64,000 bases of DNA from Dudresnaya verticillata. Its lineage: Eukaryota. The translations under genes were made by a program, and so were the position numbers. This document shows, in pieces, positions 12,600 through 25,100 of the stretch. The number at the start of each line of letters is the position of its first letter. Within the stretch, counting starts at the first letter, position 1. The DNA lies in assembly GCA_977862235.1 (NCBI GenBank), contig OZ374557.1, positions 2,170,001-2,234,000 on the forward strand, written 5' to 3'. The notes under the pieces were generated by a model that was not told the origin of the DNA, ran no database searches, and was given only the letters and a program-made list of their open reading frames with translations.

Positions 12600-13285
12600 C
12601 AGTGCAGCAGGCCGAATTCACCGCCGCCCCGCCCTCCCTCAGCTCACATGAGTCGCTCAAAATGCTCAGCTTGAAGCAGAACAACCTCAAAGGCCGGCTT
12701 CTGGCCCCCATCTACCCCCTAACCTCACTTGGTTCATACGCACTTCCAATTCGCTCACAAGCCTCTCCTTTGACCTCCCTTTTCTCTGTTCTCGCGCCCG
12801 CAAGCTAATGCTCTCCAACAAATCTCTCACCTCGCTACTACCGTCCTTCGCGTTCGAGAAGACCCATTTGGATCTTCTGCGCCTGTCAATAACAACTTCA
12901 CCACCTTCCCCCGTGAGGTCCTGAAGCTGCCCCGGCTCAAGTGGCTCTCTGTAGCGGGTAACCCAAGCACGCTCACGTCACCGAGCTAAGCTTCCGACCT
13001 ATTATTACACACTCTTGTCGACGTGCTCGCGGAAGCATGCGACGTTGACTGTAGCAATCCGGACGGCACCGGTGCCTCTGAAATAGCCTTTCCGAGTGTG
13101 TATCGCAATTCCGGCAAAGCCGTCGACGTGAAGCGCTTCGCGGCTCTGAAGTGTAGCGACGGTGCTGCCCCGCAGGAGGTTGCTGTCATATTGGCAGTGC
13201 GAGACGTGCCTGTTGTCGTGCATGCCGAGGCGTACAGCGTGGGGACGGACGCGGATGGTGCGCTGCGGTGAGTCGTGCTCGTCAC
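12600..13285 (+). pseudogene. LRR-protein kinase relic truncated by an LTR
   Basis: Frame-switching translation gives LKMLSLKQNNL, RKLMLSNKSLTSL and LKLPRLKWLSVAGNP, then kinase N-lobe-like GTGASE...VDVKRF...SDGAAPQE; ends at the LTR at 13286. Confidence 0.6.
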
Positions 13286-14120
13286 TGTGGCATAGAGGTC
13301 AGATCGAACTGACGTCTAGCACGGCTGGTCTCATAGTCGCACCCAGACCCGTCGAAGGATGGTAGCGGTGGTGGTAGAGCGGTGGTGTCGGCCGCGCGCG
13401 CCGTTGACGGTCGCGGATCAACCGCGTCGAAGCCTGTGCGCGCACGGGGCGGACCGTACGCGGGGGGCAGCGGCCAGATTCCTGCGTCCCCGTCGTGGAG
13501 CGGGACGAAGCGGACGGTAGGGAAGGAAAAGAAAATCCTAGGCGGCTAGGGAAAGAGGGAAGCCGTAGGGCGAAGGACTGGGAAGAAACCCAAAGTAGAA
13601 AGGGGCAAGCCTGGCGTAGGCTGGCTTGCCATGTTTACTCAAGCCCAGAGGGGACTACTAAATAGACTGCAGGGCCTGTGTCGGCACCAACCCGGGAGGT
13701 GCGCCGGCGCGCCCTGACACGCGTCGACGCGTACGGGTAACGGTAACCCAGGGGCGCGCGTGGGCGAGACAGTCCACACGTACTCAACGGCTCGACGCCG
13801 GAGTACGCGCTCGCGTGTCACGCGCTCAACGGTTCTACGCCGGAGTGCTTGCGCACGGCACGCGGGACAGCAGGGCATTCGACCCCCGCTTACATTAGAC
13901 AGTGCTGCACACTACACAAAAATAATCGTAGAAATTACGTGGGAGTTTTAGTGTCACACGCGTACACGTACACGCGCGGGCACCACAGCGCACTTCCTTA
14001 CAGTTCAGCGGTGTTTCGGCGCCAGCGGCTGACAGCGTGCGCACAGTGGTGCACACGTGGCGCAACCGGTCTTACAGCTGCGCGTGCGTGGCACAGCTGG
14101 TCCTACAGCTGCGCCACACA
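13286..14120 (-). repeat. 3' LTR of a minus-strand Ty3/gypsy element
   Basis: tgtggcatag...cacaca followed by a reverse-complement polypurine tract accccccctcaag (14121-14133); diverged homolog of the LTR at 33431-34159. Confidence 0.75.
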
Positions 14121-14447
14121 ACCCCCCCTCAAGCGCGAACGCCTCGGTCGCAACCGTACGACGCGCACGCTGTGGGGTGGCCAAGACGGCGCACGAGATT
14201 GGCCAGCGGGCCCCCCCGGACTTCCGTCGGTGACGCGCGTCGATGCCACGTCGGGTGTGCCCGCGCTGAGCCGCGACGGGCTATTTATGGAGCCGTCTCT
14301 GCGGCTCCGAAGGGGGTGGTCTGGTCATCGCTCACCACGACCACCAATGCCCCCCACGCGTACAGCGGCCTGTTGACCAGTGCCATACGCTCCAAGCTTC
14401 AACGCGCTCAACTTCTTTCTCCCCCCGTGGACAGCGTTGACGTGGCG

Positions 14448-17204
14448 ATGGAGTCACGCGAGCCTATCGCGGGCGGCACCCCTACCGAGGGGGCGCCGGT
14501 CATCAACCCCACCACGTCGACCGAGTCAGTCGCGGTGGGTGGACCTGCCGAGCCGGTGCCAAAGGCGCCGGCGGGCGGGGAGGCGCGGCCTTAGAAGGCC
14601 GCGCCAGCCGCGGAGCGACCTTCGACGGTCGCTGTGGTAGAGGCGCAACCTTCGACGGTTGCGCCAGAAGAAGCGCCCCCATCGACGGGTGTGCTAGACA
14701 AGGCCGGGCGCGCTCCTACGCCGGTTTCTGTTGCCAGGGCGGGTGGCGTCGATGCCAACCCCACCCCAACGCTCGCAGCTGACGTCTGGTCAGAGGCGGT
14801 GGCCCTCGCCGCGGTGCAGGGCAAGAAAGTGAAGGACCTGAGTGGGGCGGCCTCTGCCGCCCCGCACCCAGTAGCGGCGGCTCGGGTCTTTCAGCCGACT
14901 GGCCCGCCTTGCACAGGGCCTATGGCTCATGCGAGCACTCAACCCGCGTCGACGCGAGGAAGCACATCTACGGAGCAGCGGTCGCGCTCCGCGGTGCCAA
15001 CGATGGCAAGGGTGCTCGACCTAAGTCGGTCGAGGTCGCCAGCGCCCTCCCGGTCGGGGAACGTCCCGCAGCGGCGGCAGCCTTCGTGCCGCGCGATTCT
15101 GCTGGCGTGAGGCCGTCAACGGCCCCGACACCGTCTCTCGTGGCCTCTGACAACTCGGAGGGGGAGGCTGCGGGCGTGGGTGAGTCCACCGCTGCGCCCG
15201 TCGTTCCTCTTAGTGGGGTGTCCGTCTCAGTCGGACCACCCCTCAAGGGCCAGACTCCCCCTGGACAACACGCGCCCCCAACCGAGACGGTCTTCGTCTG
15301 GGGGGCGCCGCGCCACTAGATACCACTGGACCAGTGGCGCAGGCGGCAGGAGCCTCGGGCAGACGTCTGGCGGCTCCTGAGGGGGTGGCCCACGCTAGCG
15401 TGGATGGAGGGGCGGCAGCCTAGGTCGCCTTCCTCCCGGCGGACGCCATAGTCTGGCTCACGCCGTTGGGGTGACTCTGCGACATTTCTTACGTCACATC
15501 CCTTCAGGAGCTTCAGCGGGTGGATAGGGCATCCGGTGCCCTCTTCCTGACACCCGACGATGAGTAGGCCCCGCCGCTACCCGCCACCATCCCAGAGATG
15601 CGCACAGTGCCCGTCGACGAGCCCGTGGATCTCGCGCATCGTCTGGCCGATGCCGACTCTGCGCGCCGCCTCTTTGGGGTTTGCTTCGAGGAGCGGGACT
15701 GGGACGTGTGCAAGGCCCGGGCGAAGGACGCCCGTCAAAGAGGTGTAAGTTGCATCCGGTGTTCGACGCCTCCTGGTCCCCGTCGGCGGAGTGGTATTCC
15801 CACCGAGATACGCCATCGGGACTCACTGTCCCGTGAACGACCGTCGACCGGTACTTCCACTACGCGACGACTGGTCGCGTAGCTGCTCATCGTGAGCTCC
15901 TGGCTAGTCGCTCAGATGAATAAACCTTCGAGGCAGGCCGCCGCTACTGCAGCGAGCTCCTCGCTAAGGGGACAGACTGGGTCTTCGATTACCGCTTGAT
16001 TAATTTCCTCGCGGCCGGCTGGTCGAGCGAGAGGCCGTGTTTCCCGGACTTGCTACATCCTTCGGATGGCAAGTCCTTTCGGTTCGGCAAGCTGCTCTAC
16101 GTAGTTCGCCCAGTTGCAGCGGAAACCGAGAAGCACACGCGGAGGCGTCACTTCTCCGCACGCGTCGACGCGTTGGTGTGTGGCTTCATGCCAGAGACAG
16201 GGGCTCTCTATAAGATCCAGTGAACCGCGGCACGCGAGACCGCCGGGAGCGCGTCGAGGGCTCCAGGTTCGCCTCGATGGCCGACATGGCCCGCGCTGAG
16301 CGCACCGGTCGTCGCCGTTGTGGTGTGGGTGCTAAACCCGGGTCAGCCGCAACCGTCATGGCGGCGGAGACCGAGTCCTACATCCCGCTGCCCCCGAGGG
16401 CGTCTGCACGTCGTGCGCCAGCCGCCGCTACGGCAGTCGGGGGACCGGCTGCTGCAGGGCCGTCGACGGCCCGCGCACCTCCGGCGGCTACCGTTGAGGT
16501 GTACCAGCCCCCGTTGGCCCCGTCTGGGTCGCCGGCGGTGGATTATGTCCCACGCCCGCCAGTGGTCGACCCACTGGACGAGGAGGCGAGTGCCGCAGTC
16601 TGGGCCGATCCGACTGTACGCAACGCGGCCTCCTTGGTGCGCGTTGGGCAAGGCGTGCCGACACGCATGCCGCTGGAGGCCCTGGCGTCGAGCGCAGTGG
16701 CGCTGCAAGAGGACGTCAATGCCTCCAATGCCGTCGCGTTTCGATACCGCGATGAGCGGGACGGCTTTTCACGCGAGGTGCAGAGGCTCCGCGGGGAATT
16801 CCAGCGCATGTCTCATGCGACGGCAAGAGGCTTCGTGAGGAGTACCAACCACCCCCGACGGGGTATGCGTCGATGCAGCCTATGCAGTCGTACGCGCCGG
16901 GCCCCTCTGGACAGGTTGCCCCTCGGCAAGGCGCCGGGAAACTTATCTACCCAGGCGCTCAGGACGGCGCAGGCGCGCCGCCCATTGCTGCAGGCATCGT
17001 GCCGCTGCAAGCGGTTCTTCCGCAAGTGAGGGTCCCGTTGATGGGCCCTTACCACCCTGCAGCTCCCATCGGTGGGCCGCAGTGGCATACGGAGGCTCGG
17101 CGCCTCCGCTTCCCGCCGTGAGTCCCCCACCAGCGCCGGTGGCAACCACAACTGTGGTTGAGGGCTACGTGCCCGCGGCACCCGGGGCAGCGGGCTCTGC
17201 CCCC
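14448..17204 (+). pseudogene. Antisense accessory ORF of a gypsy element (degenerate; last codons at 26950-26995)
   Basis: Ala/Pro-rich N-terminus, LTPLG*LCDISYVTSLQEL core like 56958-57030, coiled-coil-like 16690-16810; the frame continues across the 17205-26949 insertion to PAFSGVGPGGEAAV*. Confidence 0.6.
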
Positions 17205-17892
17205 AACACCCATTTAAGCCATTCCAGAATCTGACTTTGAAAACAGACTGAAGTCAAGTAGCTATTTTCTGATCTCGTTGGAAAGGGAAGCGTGTCCTGA
17301 GTACGATGGTGGAATCCGATTGGCCAACGGACCATTTGTTCCAAAGTTATGGAGGTTTGCGTGCTTTTACACAAAAGTTTCCTAAGGTTTCCGAAATTTA
17401 ATTTCCTTGCGTCGATTTGACCCGTCCGGACCAATATGTGGTCCGCATTGGGCCAGATTGGTCCGCTCGGTCCCCACCTGCCCCACGCGCTCGGCCCCAC
17501 ACCCCGATGCCACGACACGACCCCCCCCCATGGCACACAATGCCCCGACTGTGCCGTACCGCCCCGCGCAAAGCCGCGCAGTTGCGTGCGCGGCCCTGTT
17601 TCCACAGCCCCTACTCTGCCGCACCACGCCTTCTCAGCGCACCTTCTGTACTTTCCTTTGCACGTCCATACGGAACAGCACAGATCACCGTCACCGCGTT
17701 CTCAAGCTGCGCAGATGGGCGCCTGAACCAACAACCGCCTCCAAATCTAGCTCAGTACCTGCGCGACTACTCCTGCAGCTTCAGTGATTTCCACTGCTTA
17801 GCAGTCTGCATCAGCGCAACGGTAGTGCGAAGTGTGATTTCCTTGGTAAGCGCACAGTGAGGAAAGGTGGTGAAGTGCTAATGGTCACGACT
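17205..17892 (+). repeat. Left terminal inverted repeat
   Basis: Inverted match to 26255-26949, roughly 85-90% by eye; mirror ORFs 17165-17605(-) and 26552-26995(+) translate nearly alike. Confidence 0.92.
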
Positions 17893-18991
17893 ATAGCCTC
17901 GGAGGAGACTGCTTGCTTCGCGCTCACCGGTGCAAGCGTGTGCGTGATTGAGACGAGTTGCTTGGGGCGCGGAGCGCCTTTACATCAAATCGCTAGCAAC
18001 CTCAATACTACGAGAAGGATTCATGCCCCCACCATATGCAACCAGTGCATGCATGGCTGCTCCATAAACCGCATTGCCGTAGACACTAACCGCAACTTCG
18101 TTGATCAACGAAGTTGCGGTTTCGAAGCTCTTCAAGTCCATTAGCCACTTATTCAAATCGCCTCCCCGAGAAGATAGAATTTCTTCAGCCGCAAGCGACT
18201 ACGTTCTGAATCCTGAATATCTTCTAGCATTCGTTCGGACTCTGGAACAAGGTAAGCAGACCTCTCTCGGCACTTCGCATTTCTTGATTCGTTTGCATCC
18301 ATCATACTCGCCGTTTGCTGAATAGCTTCATCGGCGTCGGCGGGCTATGTTGCTGTGCACAATTCTTCAGCGCCAGTAGGAGTAGCTTTCGCCATGATTT
18401 TCTTCCCTTTATCTTGATTCTGAGTTTTTCTGGGACAGAACATAGGGGGTTCACGTTGAGCGGAAGTCCACAAATGTCCCATCTTGTAAGATGGGACTCA
18501 ATGCTTTGGACAGGGGTTGCTGTATATAGCAACCCCTGTCCAAAGCACTGAGATTCGTATCATCTCAGCACCAACAACTCTATCGACGATAAAACAATTC
18601 ACAGCTTCATCACGCGACTCATTGTGTGTGGCCCTCTTACTCTTACTACAACGTAGTGGGTGTTGCCCTGGGTGTGACTGCAATGAAAGTTTGAGTACTG
18701 CAATTACGAACTGCTTGAATTGCAAAGGTAATCCCCCATGATCCAGTAGAATGGCTGTACCTCTGTCGCTGTCTTCCTTCGTCTCATTCTCAGCAAGTAT
18801 TCATGTTGAAAGAGGTCCACATGATGACAACTTCGCGTCGTCCCCTCTCCTCGTCTCAGGCATCCCAGACACTCGCCCCATGGAAACATCGTGATGCTCT
18901 GGTTCTACCTCGACGGTCTTATACAGAAATACAACTTTTTAGACGTCCTTCACTCACAAGATAACCCCTCAGCTTGCTGCACAGTTCGCTA

Positions 18992-19357
18992 TCAGCGTGC
19001 ATCATCTGCTCTGGCAATAACTACAGACAAGACGAGTTCAACCCCATACAGAAAGTTTCGTTTAATACCCCTCACATCCAAACCCACACACGCCTCTGAT
19101 TCAGGATCTTCTACCGTCCAATTCAATGGGATCGCCCAGCCCAGCAACCCTAACACATCCCGAGTTCCCCTCATCACCCCCTCCCCAACCTGCCCGGCTC
19201 TCTCCATCATATCGCGTGCCCATCCCATGAGCTGCTCCCGGAGCCATAACGTTGTATCCAGCTCAGCTAGGGCAACTCCGCGCGTCTCGATGACTTCAGC
19301 ACGGAGAGCCCTGAGTGGTTGTAATAGGCTTTCCGGAGCAGTGTCGGAAGGTAACAT
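18992..19357 (-). pseudogene. Unknown cargo ORF-Z with an inverted paralog at ~25520-25850 (+)
   Basis: NWTVEDPESEACVG vs KWTAVGPESEA*VG; 26/28 nt inverted match between 19082-19109 and 25751-25778. Confidence 0.4.
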
Positions 19358-19649
19358 TTTGTCACTGTGCGGGTCACGTTCGGGTCCGCGATTTCCTTCA
19401 TATATACTTCGACGGCGCCACTGGAAAGCTTAACGAAATTTCGTTACCCTCCGCTCCAACCGTGTCAGTACGCTGACCTGTTGGTCAAAAACCCTCTGCT
19501 CGATTCAACTTCGCAAGCTCTTCTAGGAGGAACAAGATGAGGCGTTTAATAACCTCATTCAACCTTGACGGGGGCTCACATCCTGTCCGCTAGCATCGTG
19601 GTTAACAATAGCGTCCGAAATCCCAGGACCCTGCTCCACTTTCGCTTCA

Positions 19650-22123
19650 GGATTGAGACCATTCTGCATGCGTAATAAACGCTGCATGTATAACCGAAGG
19701 TACGTGGTCAGCAGGACGTGCCAGCATGCCGGTGAGACATTTTTCAGAAGGTGGCGACATTTGGCAGCTTACGACAATGCTTCGTACACCATACACACAG
19801 CCGCAGCTGAATGGGCTCTGTGTCATGCTCGCGTCGTGATGCTTGAATGGGTCTGAATAAAGTTGGCCGGCATAAGATGCTCCGACATCAAGGACCACCA
19901 TCCCAACCGTTCTCTCCTCAGAAACGCGGCGCTGGCATTCGGGAAACTTATTACCGTTCTCACGATATCAATTAAGAGGGCTTGTTATCACAGCGAACTT
20001 CCTTCTCTCGCGACATGGAACGTAGTGGTACGGACTTGACAAGCCGGGGAGAATGATCCCTTCGATAATCCTTTTCGCCTGCCAAATACTGCAATCTCAG
20101 CACCATTTTGCAGCCACCTCCTGCGACTGATCTGAATAAGTTCATAAAACTGCAAAAGATGAAGACCCACCCACCCTCCTTCACTACTCGTCCGCAGAAC
20201 TCACACAACAGTTTGATGTCCTCTTCAGTAAAGTTGTTATCGTATGCAGTACCAACGTCTGACATACCCTTGGGTATCCCGTACGGTGGATCTGCAAGGA
20301 CAAGGTCTAACAAAGGACTGGACTCGTTTCGGATTGACTCGGCGTACTCCTGCCACCGCATCTGATGGGTGGTTACTCCGCACTTGGAGATACCGTCACG
20401 GTCTCCCTCAAGAGACGATGTAATCAACCGCTGCGATTGTCGAGTAGACGCCGCGGAGCGAATAGAGGGCCTGGAAACATTCTCTCCACGCTGATCAACC
20501 TGTTCTGCTGTACCGGTCCCACCATGCTCGCCATCTTCATTGCCATGCACCTTGACCGGCGTGGTCATATCCAGTGTCTGATTCACGACGCCGGTAGGCA
20601 TTTCGAGACTTTCCTGCTCTTCTTCAGGTGCCATCCCGTCCATTCCATCCTTTTCCTCGGCATTGCCGCGATCAACCACACTATCGGGGCCAATATTAGG
20701 ACTGGAAACCGGATGGTTCTCCTTCTGGCCAGTTGCGGGTGTGGATTCCCCCTGGGACTCGACCTCTGTGCGGAACTGGTATCTATACTTCTTTTCTTTC
20801 CGTGGAGCTTCCTGAGGGCATTCTCTTCGATATGCATCCAGCAAAGGTTTTAAAACATCCTGATCGTTGCCGAAGTTCGCGCGTACCTCATGGTCCAACT
20901 TCGTGGAGTTTGAAAGGTTTTGCCTAATGACGTGCATTCCTTCCGGCCACGTTTGGGTCTCCAACAATCGTTCGAATTTTCGCGCTTCCTTCATTGCTTC
21001 CTTCGCTTTCTGAAACTGCTCCAGGGTCTGATAGCTTGTCACAGACCGGAAGTTCTGAAGTCTGTGCACTTCACGGAGTCTGTGCAATGTAGCTATCTGT
21101 ACTTACACCCCGTCCGCCACCTTGCTCGCATTCATGAAAGCGGCTGCAGACTTGAGCGATGTAATATGGATGAATTTCCTGTACACTCGGCAGTCGACGC
21201 TTCGCATTGTCCCATCTTTGTCCATCGAAGTGCCTTCTCTGTCGCATATTATCTTGGCAGCCAGGTCCGGCCTTTCCTCATTCGTAATAATTCCAATTGC
21301 GTCAACAACCTTCTGATCCAGACGCAAGACAGTCTAAGCAGTCTCTTTAATGGTGCTATTGAGATACAGCTTCGAGCCATCATATGCCTCGGCAATTTTG
21401 GGAGCACTGGGTTGCTTCCCTGTCTTGGATTGAAACCTGTCAGCTTCCTGTCGCAAGCCATGGATTAGATCGTAAAAGGTAGTTTCGATGAAACAGCGGT
21501 GTGCATGTTTCTCGTTCTGATCACGGGCAAGCTGCCGTAGTTCACAGACGCTGTGACCACCCTTCAGTAATGTGACAGGCTAAGCAAACGATTGCCACAC
21601 TGTGGGAAATTCCACCATTAATTCCGATATGACACAATTTCGATGTACTCCATCCACAATTCCGAACCACTTGGCACGAGTAGGCACGAGTATTTGCCTT
21701 TACCAACGCATCCTCGTCAGAACACAGCTTTCCACCTTCTGTTCTGGACCTTTTGAAATATGCTACAACCAAACCCCTCAGTGCTCCGTTTTATTCGACA
21801 ACGATTGGGGAGTCGGACCCGGCGACGTAGTCAACAACGCCCTCCTTGACATGAGAAGAACGTAGGTGAAAACGCGCTTTGAGTCGTTCCACACCGGATC
21901 GCACCACAGGCCTTATCTGTGTCAATGGAATGCATGCTCTAGGGTTGATTCGAATGTTGACGGAGCCATCCATGACATCATCAAACAAAGCCTTCCCGCT
22001 ACTAATGGAGGAAGTTATTTCTGCTTCTGCAGCGGAGCTGTCAGCCCCTTTTCCTGTTCTCTTTCTCGACATCTCGGACAATCTCCCCGTCGAACGCGGC
22101 ATCGACTTTCGAAGGTCTTTCAC
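19650..22123 (-). pseudogene. ParB-like / amino-methyltransferase fusion, copy 2 (disrupted, motif I region apparently deleted)
   Basis: GSVNIRINPRACIPLTQIRPVVRSGVERLK matches copy 1; VDCRVYRKFIHI; LDLVLADPPYG...GGWVFIFCSF in 19972-21087; homology breaks shortly after ~20140. Confidence 0.78.
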
Positions 22124-23710
22124 AGTTATCTTGTGTGAGTTTCCGAATTGTAGCAGACCTTATCGCGGAATGCTGAAAGCCTTGATAACCACTTGCGAGT
22201 CACGAGCATATGCTCGTACATGTGGAGAACGTTCTGTTCACTTCGTTACCGTCGAGGCTCAGAGGGCATTCATTTCGGACAGTGGGTGGCGTATTGGTAC
22301 CGCACTGTACATGCCTGCTAACTTGTTGCGTTTCCAGTATCAAAATTGTTTGACCGCCTCGTGCACATTGCACTTTTCAACCCGGGGATACCACCGCCCA
22401 GTGCGCAAAGTGCTGGGTTCAGAATGGGGCGACTATCCGAAAGGGCAGACCTCCCATGCATACATTCTGATTTTATCTCCCTTCCTAATGACGGTCCGCC
22501 TGAATTCGTAGGTGGAGAAAAACAATCATGCAGGTTTTGCCTCCACGTAACAGCTTAACATTCTGCTTCCTCAGAAACAATTGGGTGACATTTCTAACTG
22601 TCGGAAAGTCCAGTGATTCTGATTCACGTCTGCCCTAGAAGCTCAGGGAGGAGAAAAATTGGGCATGCCTATACGGAACGCATCTACAACGTGGAGCCGG
22701 CATTGGAAGTCTAACACTCTTTGCCTGTCAGTGATGTGGACGATTCAGAAGCAACGTTCATTCGTTCTACTTGTATCCATATGAACGTGTCCGTGAGAAA
22801 CAATAGAGATACGTCCCGTTCTTGCCACGGGCTGCAGAGATAGTTTCTGTTAGACACTTGAACCACCGAAACAGACTAGTGATCACCATCGATCTTCAGA
22901 TGGCACAACACACTTAAGTCTGCTGCCCAATTCCAGAACGTATGCAAATGCCATGTAATTAATTATTGCCGCACGTCAGCCCAAGAAAGAGCCTGCACCG
23001 GTATGTCGATGCGATTTCTGTAGATAACGCACGTGAGACCATATAAGAGCCTAAACCGGTGTATCGATGAGATTTCTGTAAATACAGTCCAGAAGATTCC
23101 TAAGAAAAACCTGTCCTCGTTCCAGGAATGCGCACAAACCGTATCCTCCAGAGGTCCGGGTATTCCGATCCACGAATCCACCAAATATCTGGGGGGTGCA
23201 TCCGCGGTGATGCAGGAGTGACCACCAAGTAGAGGGCACATTTCTGAAGCGTCCTTATACTATTGCCTGAATAGGTACTTCAGTACTGTACAGTCGTTCT
23301 GATTGTGGGAATGCGGACGTGTCTAATCAAAGATACAAGGAATTCCTAAGCCTCGTACACAGCAGAAACCGGTGGCTACAACTCGAGGTTAATTCCCGGA
23401 CTGGTATCGGCGGGATAGATTTCGAAATGCACCGAATGGTTCATGGTCGGTGTAGCGTTGGGTGCCGCAGACAGCTGTCGCTAGCTTGCAACCTCTTGTA
23501 AGTCTCAGGTCATTGTTTAGTTTGCAGTTTCGAGACATACTGGAGTTGAATACTCAAGCAGGAGACGTTAGTCAATCGAGGTTAAACGTCAGTCCAGAAT
23601 CGATCTTCGAATCTTATTTTCCTTGTAAAAGCGCGCAATCGGGTACTTCAATTCACAAACCATCTCGACGGTTCTGAGAACGGAGTCGTACCATACACAG
23701 AAAAGAAGGA

Positions 23711-24277
23711 TTGTTCCCAAAGTGTATTCGTAATATTCTGGACATGCTCATTGACCTGCTATCCTTACCGGACAACATACAATCCGGTTTAAGTGCATGT
23801 AATGACCTTATGCGCTGTGACTTGCGCATTGGATTGGGACAGCAGCAGTATCGCCTTGACGGCAACTCTTTGCAATTTTCTGAACGTATAATGCGATCCT
23901 TGGAGCTGAAAGATGAAGAAGGAGGGTTGGAACAGAACCGCGCTCGGGTGTTTGAGGCCGTTATAGGCCAAGACGATCATGACCAGAAAACGCTCACAGT
24001 GGTATACCGTGCGGGTATGAAGAAGCTTGATTATGTGTCGGGGGATGCGTTCTGTGGATCTGAAGCTTATGGAATCGATCCGGTGTTGGTCAAAACGATT
24101 CGTCTCGCAAGTGAGCCAGTACGGGAGCTGGAGGGAATGTGCCGGCTTCTCCTGACATGGCATTTTGCCAAAACTAACGCAGAAGGGACTGTGGAGGTGA
24201 AGGGGGTAGGGGTAGCCCGTGCAGAGCATGACATTCGCGTAATATTCAAGAAGGCGTCCTCATGCAAGTCGGTTTAA
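23711..24277 (+). CDS. Hypothetical cargo ORF in TIR element
   Basis: 188-aa open frame with protein-like composition; no motif recognised. Confidence 0.3.
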   Translation: MFPKCIRNILDMLIDLLSLPDNIQSGLSACNDLMRCDLRIGLGQQQYRLDGNSLQFSERIMRSLELKDEEGGLEQNRARVFEAVIGQDDHDQKTLTVVYRAGMKKLDYVSGDAFCGSEAYGIDPVLVKTIRLASEPVRELEGMCRLLLTWHFAKTNAEGTVEVKGVGVARAEHDIRVIFKKASSCKSV

Positions 24278-24422
24278 TATGGGCCAAGGTCGAATTCGAC
24301 CAATCAATCTGATTCCGAACCAAGGGACAATACTTGGAGAGGCGCGTCGGTTTGGAATAGGCGTGCATATGGCCGTACCTTTCATTTGCGGTAAGGTTAG
24401 CAACGCAAAGGCGTCGACGATT

Positions 24423-25100
24423 TTACTCCTGAAGGGCGACGTAATACGCGTTACGCTCTTGGCGGGTTTTGAATTTCCCATCTCCCCGCGAGAGCACTCC
24501 CAACACAATGGCTGTCCCGGGGTTTGACATCAGCTTCTTTTCCTCCCTCTCGTGAATCTCGAGTAGGAAGGCCTTGAAACCCCCAAGTCGTTCAGCTTGT
24601 CCGTGATTATTTAAATTTTCTTTGCCGTAAACGCGATTCATGAACGTAGGAAATACGGACCAATCAAAAAGTCTGATTCCCAGTGCCTCCAAGCCGACAA
24701 ACTGCTTCCCTTCGGAGATGATGTACTCAATACGTGCAATCAATTTGGCCTCGCCGATGCGAAGAACCATGTCTTCGTCACTTTCATCAGGTCTGCGCAG
24801 GGCGTTAAAACCAAAACAGGACTGGTCGTGGCACATTCCAAGCAGTTCATGTCTGTTATCTGTTGCAGGCTCGACATATAAAAAGTCCGACATGTTCCGA
24901 GGACATACACTCGGAATGGCACAGGGGGTAGTATCTCAGCAGATGATGTCGGCAGCCCGAGCTAGGGCCGCTAATGTTCCGCTGGGCTGCATACCGCGTC
25001 TTATCTGTACTTGTTTTGGATTGGATTCATCATCCCAGCCATATTCAGTGTTCAGACGCGCAACTTTTAAGCCCTACCTTGCGGAAGGCCAGAGAACCAA
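24423..25100 (-). pseudogene. ORF-X, unknown cargo protein (copy 2)
   Basis: 156-aa ORF plus an upstream stop-interrupted extension; homologous to 3433-3891. Confidence 0.6.

Noticed and set aside
17165..17860. ORFs within the TIRs, mirrored at 26266-26995
   Set aside because: Similar translations simply reflect the inverted repeat; the frames cross the element boundary and show no motifs
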